Part shown: positions 25,609-36,513 of the stretch, piece after piece | How positions within the stretch are numbered: position 1 is the stretch's first letter | Layout of the letters: every line of letters begins with the position of its first letter | NCBI GenBank assembly: GCA_020137815.1 | Contig: CM035359.1 | Location: 806,001 to 869,992 of the forward strand | Direction of reading: 5' to 3' | Length of the DNA stretch: 63,992 nt | DNA from: Hormiphora californensis | Lineage: Eukaryota; Animalia; Ctenophora | The notes under the pieces: generated by a model | Told to the model about the DNA's origin: nothing | Databases searched by the model: none | What the model saw: only the letters and a program-made list of their open reading frames with translations | Position numbers and translations under genes: made by a program

Positions 25609-28600
25609 GAGTGAGAGAGAGAGAGAGAGAGAGTGAGAGAGAGCGAGAGAGAGAGAGTGTGTGTGTGAATAAAGTGTGTGTTCTGGTCCGGATTGCCCCG
25701 GTATCACGTGGTACTAATCCCAACACATCATTGGAATACTGAAGTCGTAGTTCTCCAATGATGTGATACCGGGGCAATTCGAACCAGAACGAGCAGCGTG
25801 GAGATTACATGGTTCGAATTGCCCCCTGACAACACCAGACGGGGATCTTCTTCTGGTGTTGTGAGGACGTTCACGTGATTCCCACGTGACGAAATAAAGC
25901 ACTCCTATTGGTGTGGTCCGAATATTGCCCCGGTTCCAATGAACTTTAAGGGTAAGCTAACCAAATTTTTTTTTTCGAGTGCAGGGAAATCTCTCACCGC
26001 AGGGTTGTAGGCCATGCCAAGGAGACCTCAAATATGCAATTTTAGACCTCAAGTCGAATTCATATTTTTGCTACAGCCGTTTTAAAATCGTCTTGAAACT
26101 TTCTGAAAAGACGTTTTTGACACCCTAAAAATACATTTTCAGGGCTAGAAGCTTAAAATTATGGGGATTTGAAGGGGATAGGAAGGTTTATCGACACAAA
26201 AATTTTTATTAAAATCGGTGATGATTTTCGGTCGTGAGATTGATTTACTTTTTTCCCTCTTAAAGGCCCTATTTAGCAAAGTTCCGAAAGTTTGTGAAGG
26301 CTGTAAATTGATTATCTAAGTTGCCACAAATTTTTGGCGTGTCCTTATTTGAGACAAGTTGTACAGAGCTTTTTTGTAAAAGCAGTTTTTTTAGAAATAA
26401 AGAAATAGCCTGTATCTCAAAAATGACTGATTTTAGAGACCTGAGACGATTCAGAAGGTCCGATTTTGGGGGGGCCTTCTGAGAGACATTTTTCTCCTAC
26501 TTCAACGGTTTTCGCTGTAATTGCGAAAAACAAATCCTTTGAAGAGGGCAAAAGAGGAGTTCCGACAGCCTGCTTCGTGCTGCTTTTCCACCTTCTTGCT
26601 AAATCCTTTTTCGCAATTACAGTAAAAACCGTTGAAGTAGGAGAAAAATGTCTCTCAGAAGACCCCCCTCAAAATCGGACCTTCTGAATCGTTTAAGCTT
26701 GGTCTCAGGTCTCTAAAATCAGTCATTTTTGAGATACAGGCTATTTCTTTATTTCTAAAAAAACGGCTTTCACAAAAAAAGCTGGTTAGCGTACCCTTAA
26801 GCCTATACTTTAACCCTAATTTTTTTCCTTGTATCTTTTTTTCAAATGGGGGCGAGAACCGATTAAGTAAAAAATCAACCATTTTTTCCCGGTTTACCCT
26901 AGACATAAAGTCCGCTCTGTGTATGTCGGGCGGACTTTTTAGATAAAGAGTCCGCCCTGTGTAGACTAAATGTAGATAAAGAGTCCACTGTAGACTTAGA
27001 GTGTAGCACTAGAGTCCGCCCACCAGTGGGGAGGGATCAGTGACAAACATTAAAACACCCTGAAACAATTTAATTAATGGTGGTCCAGCTGTACCTGTAT
27101 CATGGCTCGTGTTGCCCAGGTGAAATCTGTCCTGATGTCCCCTCTATGGGTTTCCAGGAGTAAAGCTATTGCCCCAAAGAGGAGGATTGCAAACACGCTG
27201 TGTCCGGAGGGAAATGACCGTGCAGACTCAGCTCCCTCAATCTCATGGGCACAAGTGTACTCTGTCACCCACACCCCTCTATCAGTCTGTTGTGATTTGT
27301 TGTATATCGGCTGACACATCGCGAAGAAGTTTGGCCTGCATTTCCCCATAAATCTTTTGATGAATTCGGAGAAAGCGAGGAAGAGAAAAGCTACGAAGAG
27401 GCCGCACCAAGTCTGAAAAGAGTGGTGTTTAGCTAAAGATGCATGTTTTACAAGGTCTTTACTGCTCGCTAGTTCATGGAATTGGGAGTTGCTGTATAAT
27501 AACATGTTGCTATCAAATAATTTATCCAGACAGTTGAAGTTTCCCTACTGCAAGCGGCGCTGTGAGACAGTTGACGTGTGTCAAAGTTGGGGATTCGTGA
27601 TCTTTTCTTAATAAAGATTAATAGTAGGAACGATAGTGTCAGTAAGGGATTTCGACAAGGACTTGCTACTAAATGTTGCCTAATAAATAGTTCGGAATAA
27701 GGGAAGTGGTTAATATGGACACCCCCTCCCTGCAAGCAACATACCTTATCCCACCAATACAAAACAAGGTATCTGTTGGATCTGCGGATTCTCAGGGCCA
27801 GTAGCACGCAGCACTGGACTGCGATCATTAGCGGGTAAAGGAGCATTATCAAACCAGCAGCCAGCGTAGTGAGCGTCTGAAACACATTTCAATATAGTTT
27901 GAGAAGTGAGCGTCTGAAACACATTTCAATATAGTTTGAGAAGTGAGCGTCTGAAACACATTTCAATATAGTTTGAGAAGTGAGCGTCTGAAACACATTT
28001 CAATATAGTTTGAGAAGTGAGCGTCTGAAACACATTTCAATATAGTTTGAGAAGTGAGCGTCTGAAACACATTTCAATATAGTTTGAGAAGTGAGCGTCT
28101 GAAACACATTTCAATATAGTTTGAGAAGTGAGCGTCTGAAACACATTTCAATATAGTTTGAGAAGTGAGCGTCTGAAACACATTTCAATATAGTTTGAGA
28201 AGTGAGCGTCTGAAACACATTCAATATAGTTTGAGAAGTGAGCGTCTGAAACACATTTCAATATAGTTTGAGAAGTGAGCGTCTGAAACACATTTCAATA
28301 TAGTTTGAGAAGTGAGCGTCTGAAACACATTTCAATATAGTTTGAGAAGTGAGCGTCTGAAGACTGAAACACATTTCAATATAGTTTGAGAAGTGAGCGT
28401 CTGAAACACATTTCAATATAGTTTGAGAAGTGAGCGTCTGAAACACATTTCAATATAGTTTTAGGGATGAATGTAGAGATTTTAGTAAATCACAATCAGG
28501 TAAAGGATCTCGTCAAAGTATTTAATACATGATTCTTTAAAAACGCCAGGTGTTCCCTTAGTACATATTTTCCTATTATTATCCCATATGAAGCATTATT

Positions 28601-28818
28601 TTACCTGTTTCTCTATTGGGTAAGATAACGTTTGATCATCCACATTATTTTACCTGTTTTTCTATTGGGTAAGATAAAGTTTGATCATCCACGATAAAAC
28701 CTGGCATTCTCTGAGGCATCAGTTGCCCTATAATTACTAGGGACACACCGAGACACAATATCGGTACCATTTGATTTGTTATCCTTATCGCGATATCTCG
28801 GCCACTTGACACACCCAT
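23203..28818 (-). CDS. PAP2-family phospholipid (lipid phosphate) phosphatase, 5 coding exons, 289 aa
   Basis: Phase-0 exons 28818-28654, 27876-27745, 27412-27095, 23828-23691, 23319-23203. Catalytic motifs: C1 KRFMGKCRP, C2 SFPSGH, C3 TRYTEYYHHWED. N-terminal DQTLSYP motif and multiple hydrophobic segments. Confidence 0.93.
24326..25556 (-). mobile_element. ORF1-only non-autonomous retroposon inserted in a (GA)n tract
   Basis: (GA)n on both sides, ~80-bp 5'UTR, single intact ORF, ~190-bp 3'UTR, tandem tail TCAAAGGTAATCAAAGGTAAAA; no ORF2. Confidence 0.75.
24514..25473 (-). CDS. LINE ORF1-like protein (coiled coil, RRM, CTD; L2/CR1-type), 319 aa
   Basis: Heptad region, then EDRSCNIVIHGL, RLGRF..TRPLKLTL and VYISPDLT..ER..R motifs typical of LINE ORF1p. 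Confidence 0.85.
   Translation of the reverse strand: MSVSPRVLVSGNKSISDSELENVHVETVEMIEELFAMAGARPTTGVFSAEYNGAEESLWDTLSAPSKYKLDKVDKNDLVAWVEMTGKLLVERLFPVMRSQFNEARKCSEIEKKLIERQEDLISAQKALVGAQEQLLKLQEQLLEKREEVITEVQIIAKEEIHSFSSALKRECETALAPSRIQKAVAAASEDRSCNIVIHGLTDSPGDSEELLPELWTTLAEKPLVKRAQRLGRFSAGQTRPLKLTLTSKEMQSCILGKKTRLRESEVFSRVYISPDLTSEERAARAVLVKKLKEEKERSPGKSFRIKKGEVVEVSSGTQ
25950..26796. mobile_element. Kolobok-type non-autonomous element
   Basis: TTAA|GGGTAAGCTAACCA...TGGTTAGCGTACCC|TTAA; internal ~150-bp inverted repeat (~26385-26530 / ~26605-26765); left ~120 bp homologous to the terminus at 60725-60845. Confidence 0.82.
27868..28460. repeat. 37-bp minisatellite (~16 copies) made from the PAP2 exon-2 splice acceptor
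   Basis: Unit GAGAAGTGAGCGTCTGAAACACATTTCAATATAGTTT; the minus strand contains TGTGTTTCAG|ACGCTCAC, identical to the real junction. Confidence 0.93.
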
Positions 28819-28892
28819 TATACCTATAAAATATTGAGAACAAAAGTTATAAAGTTCATGTGTTGCCACGCTTGATATTAGTCTCATCTTCA

Positions 28893-29070
28893 GTAGTTGA
28901 TAGTAGTTTATGGACAACTGAGACAATGATTTTATTGCAAACTTTTCAACACTACTTTAAACAAATTAGTTTGAGCAGCCTGATGATGCAGATGTTCGAC
29001 GAAACCGTCGTGTAATTTATTTCCTGCAATAAAATCATTGTCTCAGTTGTCCATAAACTACTATCAACTA
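28893..29070 (+). mobile_element. Penelope-like remnant: inverted repeat enclosing a minimal hammerhead-like core
   Basis: 46-bp perfect arms at 28893-28938 and 29025-29070; CTGATGA (28980-28986), GAAAC (29001-29005), GTC (29007-29009), followed by AATAAA. Confidence 0.5.
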
Positions 29071-30718
29071 ATATTGATAACGTCTAGACAATCATGATCA
29101 GCTTATAGAATGCATCTCTCCAGGGCCGGGGATGCCACACCTCTCCACGAAACGTAAATCAAAATGACAAGGCTGCATTTAGTGAGAATACGGTATCGGT
29201 GAAAATTCTGCAACTAGGATTCTGCAACTAGGATCCTACTGCAAGCACAACTGTAGCTTAGGTAGCATATTGTTATTGTATCGTTGATACAGACAAACTT
29301 TTTATAAGAGCAGGCAGCAGCTCATATTATGAGCTGTGAAACAACTGATGTGAGATGGTTGTACAAAGTACAATACACAAGTACAATACATAGCAAGTGA
29401 ATGGCAAATCATCCGTAGGTACCTATATACTATATGGCGAATGACTTGTCATGCTTTGACCTTCTCATGGTGTAGCCCACACCAAGCCTTCAGTGTTTAA
29501 GAGACGGCAGATAATGACATGCTGGCAGGGTTTAAACAGCAGAAATGTATGAAGTATAACAGCTAACACACACACACGTTACTACAGCTGTACATTTACA
29601 ATGTGTACTGCACACACACACACATGTGTTCAACTAGACAGACTACACGGAAAACAAAGCGACACATGAAGAGAGTTGTTCTAACTGGGCAAGAAGAGAG
29701 TGTGCATTCCAAGAAGAAGCAGCAGTATTGAGCTGCTGCAGTAGGTACAATGTACATACCAAATATGGTACACAGACACACACTCGAGATCTCGCACATG
29801 ATACCTACACACAACAGAAGAGCAGCGAAAGAGACGGTGTACAAACTTCAAAGGTGTTGGGTTTCATAAAAGAGCTCAGAGCTGAAGCACCTCTATCATT
29901 TGTCTTCCTTTTCTCTCACTCAGTTCTCTGTGTACAGCTGACAGTTTGGTTTATAAAATACTAAAATCCAGCAAAAAGTTGTTTTGTTCAAACCGCGGGG
30001 CGCGGGGAGGGAGGGTCGAACAAGGCAAGCAAAAAGATAGATTCAATTAGACTGTATAAACATAATAGAGAGGGGTCACTCTTCTCTGAGAACGATACGA
30101 GCAGCTGTAGTAGGTATAGCGGGATTTCATATGCAGTACTCCTAGGAAGTAGATTTTCAGATCACTTGTTGTGCAGTAATGTAGGATGTGAAATGTTCTT
30201 TAATGAAGAATATAGTTATAACAGTAGTAGGGCTTTATATAAATTCTTCTTGCAAAATCTCCCATAGAAGTGATGCGACTCGTAGGACCCCGGTCAATCG
30301 GAGTCAGACTATACAAATATTTGTAAGGTCTTCAAACTTCAAAGATTAACGATGGGCAGTATGACCAAAATTGTCTCATATAAGACCGTCCTTATATACG
30401 TGCATCAAGGTTGCGCAGTGTACTCAGTCAGTGTCTGACAAGCCCAAAAAGTCCTTTCATTTTAGACGCGTACACGTGTAAGGATCGCGCGGCTCAGGAA
30501 GGGTACACTCGTGCTCAGCTGCGCGGCGCAGGAAATTTGTGCTTTTCTCGCGCCATACTCATAGGTTAAAATATATTTTACCATATATGGCATTTTAGCA
30601 CGTGCAGGTTTAGAGGTGGACTGTGGAGTACTACTGGAGTGGGGCCAGGGGTGGGAGCCGTTGCCAAGGATTGTTACTACTGTACTGCACGTGCAGCTGT
30701 TCCTGATTCGTTTTGTGT

Positions 30719-31322
30719 GGCTATAAGCATACTGATCGTGATGATCATAATCAGTTAAAAAGATGAAGTGTGCTCATGGTTTTGATCATCATCATCTGCA
30801 AAAAACTACAGTGTGCGGAACATTATGATCATCACGTAAGAGCTGGCCCTGGAGCCGTCTCTTAAGTTGGATGATGATCATCAACACCTAGTGTGCGCAG
30901 GTTTTGATCTTATTCTTGTGGAGGGCTGCACTGTAGTCATGTGATATGTACCACGTGGTACGACTTCGCGCGCGCGAGAGGCTGTTGTACAGGTCACGTG
31001 ATATGCAACAGCCTCTCAGAGCGCGCGACTAGGCAAGGGGGAGCTCCCGGGAGATAGCATCATCATGCTGAGCACACTGGTCATGATGATCATGATCAAA
31101 AGGCAAGTTCCAGCAAGTTGAGCATGGTTTATGATGATCAAACGTGAGCACACTATGGTTCATGATGATCAAACGTGAACACACTATGGTTTGAGAACAT
31201 CATGATGCATCAAGCCTCCATCATGATGATAACCATCAGTGTGTGCGCTCCTTTGATGGTGACCATCAAAACGTCCGCACACTGACCTGATTATGATCAT
31301 CACGATCAGTATGCTTATAGCC
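30719..31322. mobile_element. PIF/Harbinger-like MITE
   Basis: 36-bp TIR GGCTATAAGCATACTGATCGTGATGATCATAATCAG, 3-bp flanking duplication TGT, internal ATGATCAT modules. Confidence 0.75.
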
Positions 31323-31694
31323 TGTCACTGTTCCAGCTATTATGCTCTCTTCAACAACCGTTGATATACGAAAGCGACAATTGGAGATCTCACCGCCATT
31401 TTCTACTTTTCCATACACTGAGCAACACCAAGAGAAGTGCAGAGACAACAAAATTGAGTTGGAGGTTAGACAGAAACGATGATCAATCTCAGATGAATAC
31501 TGCAAACAGACGAAATGCGAGGAGTCTGCAAAATAGTAAGTTCTTTCATCACTTTGATCGCCCGATCATCATCATCTCGCAGCGATCCCGCCTGATCTCC
31601 TTTTACGGTACCGTAACTTAAGATGGGATGGTGCATGTCAACAGTTCGACTGATGATGTCAGTACTCCCTAACCCAGCTACCATTTCCCCGAAA

Positions 31695-31724
31695 TTCGCC
31701 CGTAGGGCGAACGGGTTTTACTAG
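31695..31724 (+). mobile_element. Helitron-like 3' terminus
   Basis: Hairpin CCCGTAGGGCGAACGGG followed by CTAG|T; a similar AACGGGTTTTCTAG|T end lies on the minus strand at 39161-39175. The 5' end was not located. Confidence 0.5.
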
Positions 31725-32141
31725 TATAGGTTAGAATGAAAACGTAAGACGTGTTGTGTGCACAAGATGCATTATTCAATAAAATACAGGCACTGGCCTC
31801 CCGCTGAGAAGCGGCCCCAGTACCGGCACCGTGTTGGCATTTGAATCATATATCATGCGTTTTTGGTCGAGTCTACGACTCTCTAAACTTCAGACTTCAG
31901 AGGTAGAACGCTGCAAGTCAATTGAAGCTTCAAGTCACTTCCGGGGTTCTACATATCGCGGCCTACATTTCCCATACCCCACCCTGTCTGGCGCCGCGAC
32001 CCATTTGAGCGCACTGTCTTTGAGAATCAAATGGGGTAATGGGGTATGGGCGCCCCCCGTATACATACTACCAATTAAATATACTACTACTACAATTGTG
32101 ATCAACATATAACTGATAGTGAGAACATTGGATTTTTCTAA

Positions 32142-32431
32142 GGGGATACTCTAACTGAATGGCATCCCATTAATGGGATCCCATCAACAGTAAAACTCTA
32201 ACTGATAATGGAACACATTGATGGTTCTTTCTCTGTATTCTCTCTGTGTGCGCGCCCGTGCCCGGGCATGCCCTATAGTTCTTTCTCTGTATTCTATCTG
32301 TAGGCAATACATAGATGTACTGCCTACAGAGAGAATACAGAGAAAGAACCATCACTGTGGTCCATTATCAGTTAGAGTTTTACTGTTGATGGGATCCCAT
32401 TAATGAGATGCCATTCAGTTAGAGTTTCCCC
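32142..32431. mobile_element. Tourist/Harbinger-type MITE
   Basis: Nearly fully palindromic; TAA|GGGGA...TCCCC|TAA. Confidence 0.85.
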
Positions 32432-32553
32432 TAATAATTGAAGCATAATTGCCACGTATTAAAATCATTTTACAACTCTAGCTCTACAAAATCGCAGTTA
32501 ATTAACTAATCATATCAACTAAGCTATATATTTGGTTTCCTCCACAGCTCCGA

Positions 32554-35500
32554 CTCCTCCCATTTAGTAGAAGGGAACTGGTTTAAAGGCGATGGACAAA
32601 TAAACAGCGCCCGATCCATCTCCACTCAACAACAGTTTCCTATTCACTTCGGTGTCTGAGGAAGAAGGGGACATGTTAGTAATGAATTAACCTTAGGTTT
32701 TTAAAAAGAGAAAAAAAAAGAGAAAAAAGAAGAAAAAAAAAAATAAGGAATTAGAGTAAAGGATGGTAAAAAGTTAAAAACTCTCGAGGGGGGGGGGGGG
32801 GAGGGAGGGGGAGGGAGGAGGGGAGGGGGGGGGGGGAGGGGAGGGGGGGGGGGAAAGAGTGATGGGATTCAGGGGTCAAGGACTATCCATTTTCCTGCCT
32901 TCTAAAGATACCTGAGACAGAAGGACAAGTAAATGGAGAGAGATTAAGATGGAGATTGAGAGAGAGATGAGACAGAGAGGGAGATAGTAAGCGCGTGTTT
33001 TGTCCTTCCGTCTGTCTCTGTCCGTTTGTTTTCCATCGTCTGTCTTTTTCTGTCTCACTCTTTTTATGTCCCTCACTCCGTCCCTATATCAACTATCTTT
33101 CCATCTTACTCTCTTTCCATCTTACTCTGTCCTTCTGTCTCAGGTCTTTTATCCGTCTGTTTTCTGTCCCTGTACCCCTCCCTCAGTCCCTCCCTCTCCT
33201 TCCCTCTCCCTCTCTCCCTCGCCTCTCTCTTCTCCCTCTCGTTTTTATTTTTGCGTCTATATTGCGTCTTTATCGATTTCGCACACATGCGGCTATAATG
33301 CGTCTATAATGCGTCTATACTGCTTCCTTTATATGCGACAAAAATGCGTTTATAAAACGCCCAACTGCGCCTCAAATATCGCACTGTAGCCTGGAGTACG
33401 TCTAAAGTGCTTCTTTAAAAAGCACGTTTTTTATAGACGCGGCGTCTATAAAAAGCGATTTGCGTCTATAATGCTTCTATCATGCGTCTATATGGGTCTA
33501 TGTAGCGTTTATGGTGCTGCTATAGTCAGTCTATAATGCGTCTATAGTGCGTCTATAAGGTAATTTTGGGGTGGGTAGTGCGCCTATAATGCGGCTATAC
33601 TGCGTCGCGTCTATAAAAATGCGTTTATATTGCTGTTATAATGCGTCTATATTGCGTCTATAGTGCTGCTTACGAAATTGCGTCTATATTGCGTGTGTCT
33701 ATAATGCGTCTATAATGCGTTTATAATGCGTTTATAATGCGTCTATAGTACGTGGGTAATGCGTCTATAGTGCGATGCCCGCAAATGCAAAATTGCCTTA
33801 GTTGTTATTATTCCAATATTATAGTGTAGTTTAATACTACTCACGGCTCATGATGAGGTTATCCAGGGTGTCTTTCAGCCACGACACCACTCCGAATGTA
33901 TCCTTCCCAACCCAGTTGAACATATCCACATTGAAGGTAAACTGAGGTCTGAAAACACACGTGTGTCCAGCTAAACAATTGTGTAACCATGGTAACACGT
34001 GTGTCCAGCTAAACAATTGTGTAACCATGGTAACACGTGTGTCAAGCTAAACAATTGTGTAACCATGGTAACACGTGTGTCCAGCTAAACAATTGTGTAA
34101 CCATGGTAACACGTGTGTCCAGCTAATTCTTACTTCTCGGTGAAGGTAAAGGTAGCGCTGACAAGGCCAGGCATTGCAGCTCGGGTATCCATTAGAACTT
34201 CAACTCTCCCAGTACTCATAAGTGCGACCTCTGATATCGCAACCCCTCCACTCACCCCAAGAGGCAACTGAAGTGGGATTTCACAGGCATTCATAGAACA
34301 AAGTGAGTGAAAATTAAACGCTAAAGTATTTGTAGGACATTACAATTCTCTACAACTCTAAAATACCTTGACAGTTAGTTCAGCGACATTACAACTCTAA
34401 AATACCTTGACAGTTAGTTCAGCAACAGAAGTTTTGCTGACAAACGCCACGTGTACATCATACACAATCCTCCTCAAGATGACGGAGCTGTTACAGCCGT
34501 TAACAGAGGAGTCACAACATTCCACAACATCCTGTTGAACACATGTGAGTTAACAGAGGGTACGGACAGAGATAACAGACACTGGACAAAGATAACAGAG
34601 ATAACAGAGATAACAGAGATAACAGAGATAACAGACACTGGACAGAGATAACAGACACTGGACAGAGATAACAGATGGTGGACAGAGATAACAGACACTG
34701 GACAGAGAAAACAGACACTGGACAGATGGTGGACAGATGGTGGACAGAGATAACAGAGATAACAGAGATAACAGAGATAACAGAGATAACAGAGATAACA
34801 GAGATAACAGAGATAACAGAGATAACAGAGATAACAGAGATAACAGAGGTAACAGAGATAACATAGATAACAGAGATAACAGTGATAACAGAGATAACAG
34901 AGATAACAGAGATAACAGAGATAACAGAGATAACAGAGATAACAGAGATAACATAGATAACACAGATAACATAGATAACAGAGATAACAGAGATAACAGA
35001 GATAACAGTGCAGAGATAACAGGGATAACAGACACTGGACAGAGATAACAGCTGGTGGACAGAGACAACAGAGATAACATAGATAACAGAGATAACAGAG
35101 ATAACAGACACTGGACAGAGATAACAGAGATAACAGAGATAACAGAGATAACAGAGATAACAGAGATAACATAGATAACAGAGACAACAGAGATAACAGA
35201 GATAATATAGATAACAGACACTGGACAGAGATAACAGAGATAACAGAGATAACAGAGATAACAGAGATAACAGAGATAACAGAGATAACGGAGATAACAG
35301 AGATAACAGAGATAACAGAGATAACAGAGATAACGGAGATAACAGAGATAACAGAGATAACGGAGATAACAGAGATAACAGAGATAACAGAGGGTACAGA
35401 CACTGGACAGATGGTGGACACAGGGATTAATACAGGGTGCATGAGGGATTAACAGAGGGCTTATTCAAAGAGTACTAACATGATGACTGGCAATCCGAGA

Positions 35501-36513
35501 TATTATCGGAGAATACCCCGGCTCTACCCCAAACTTTTCCAGCTTCAACCCCACCATCCAGCTGGGTAGATAGCCCTCCACAGCCTCGCTCAGCATCTCC
35601 CCAACCCTATCTGTCAACTTGGCTGTGTTCGTTTGAACCCTGGAACAGGATCAGTTAGTTAGTTCTAACAATGTCTGTGTGAAACTACTTGGTTTGTAGA
35701 TGTTATAGTGCAGTACCAATTCTTGCCCTATGCAAAAAGGGACCACTGCAGTAGATGTATAATTCCAAATAAGTACTACTACAGTGGTTACTGCACTTAT
35801 AACACCAGTGTTTCCAGCTGTCATGCTCTCACCAGTATTTCCCTATCAGACTGCACTCACCAGTATTTCCCTATCAGACTGCTCTCACCAGTATTTCCCT
35901 ATCAGACTGCACTCACCAGTATTTCCCTATCAGACTGCACTCACCAGTATTTCCCTATCAGACTGCTCTCACCAGTATTTCCCCGTCAGACTGCACTCAC
36001 CAGTATTTCCCTATCAGACTGCACTCACCAGTATTTCCCTATCAGACTGCACTCACCAGTATTTCCCTATCAGACTGCACTCACCAGTATTTCCCTATCA
36101 GACTGCACTCACCAGTATTTCCCTATCAGACTGCTCTCACCAGTATTTCCCTATCAGACTGCTCTCACCAGTATTTCCCCGTCAGACTGCACTCACCAGT
36201 ATTTCCCTATCAGACTGCACTCACCAGTATTTCCCTATCAGACTGCACTCACCAGTATTTCCCTATCAGACTGCACTCACCAGTATTTCCCTATCAGACT
36301 GCACTCACCAGTATTTCCCTATCAGACTGCACTCACCAGTATTTCCCTATCAGACTGCTCTCACCAGTATTTCCCCACTTACCAGTCATCAATGAAGAGG
36401 TTCAGCCACCCAAGAGAGTCTGCTTTCTTGGTCGAGGCAGGGTCAGGGTACCCCGTCCAATTACAGACGAGACTTCCATGGGTTACAGAGGTAAGGAGTA
36501 GCAGCAGCAACAT
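32554..36513 (-). CDS. SMP (TULIP) domain + C2 domain protein (extended-synaptotagmin-like) with signal-peptide-like N-terminus; C2 region incomplete in this assembly
   Basis: In-phase exons 36513-36383 (MLLLLLLTSVTHGS..DSLGWLNLFIDDW), 35639-35480 (YLPSWMVGLKLEKFGVEPGYSPII), 34531-34406, 34267-34134 (GVAISEV..GRVEV..TFTFTEK), 33948-33845 (PQFTFNVD..WLKDTLDNLI). Damaged fragment at ~32860-32911 (VSLEGRK..PLNPI, with an in-frame stop). Terminal exon ~32655-32554 (LSGDGSGAVYLSIAFKP; C2 last strand). Confidence 0.75.
33250..33780. repeat. Modular GCGTCTATA(AT) repeat, probable foldback remnant
   Basis: Dozens of TGCGTCTATA modules with a local inversion TTTTTATAGACGCGGCGTCTATAAAAA. Confidence 0.7.
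33955..34125. repeat. 38-bp tandem repeat filling almost an entire intron
   Basis: ACACGTGTGTCCAGCTAAACAATTGTGTAACCATGGTA x~4.5 within intron 33949-34133. Confidence 0.9.
34550..35420. repeat. 9-bp minisatellite (GATAACAGA)n, intronic
   Basis: Direct inspection; it produces the spurious VIS/CYL/LLS ORFs. Confidence 0.95.
35826..36375. repeat. 28-bp minisatellite (~19 copies) next to the exon-1 donor
   Basis: Unit CTCACCAGTATTTCCCTATCAGACTGCA; the minus strand carries donor-like ACTG|GTGAG. Confidence 0.95.

Larger units (their letters stand above)
23923..27024. mobile_element. MULE-like non-autonomous element carrying nested insertions, in PAP2 intron 3
   Basis: TIR GGTRGGCGG..ACTCTAGTGCTA, subterminal GGACTCT/AGAGTCC modules, 9-bp TSD AGTGGGGAG (23914-23922 and 27025-27033). 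Confidence 0.75.

Noticed and set aside
27010-27059. Alternative PAP2 terminal exon (GVLMFVTDP..) after a 35-nt intron
   Set aside because: It would lose catalytic motif 3 and runs into a transposon end; treated as a duplicated acceptor remnant.
27868-28460. 37-bp repeat of CRISPR-like length
   Set aside because: No spacers; the unit derives from the adjacent splice acceptor.
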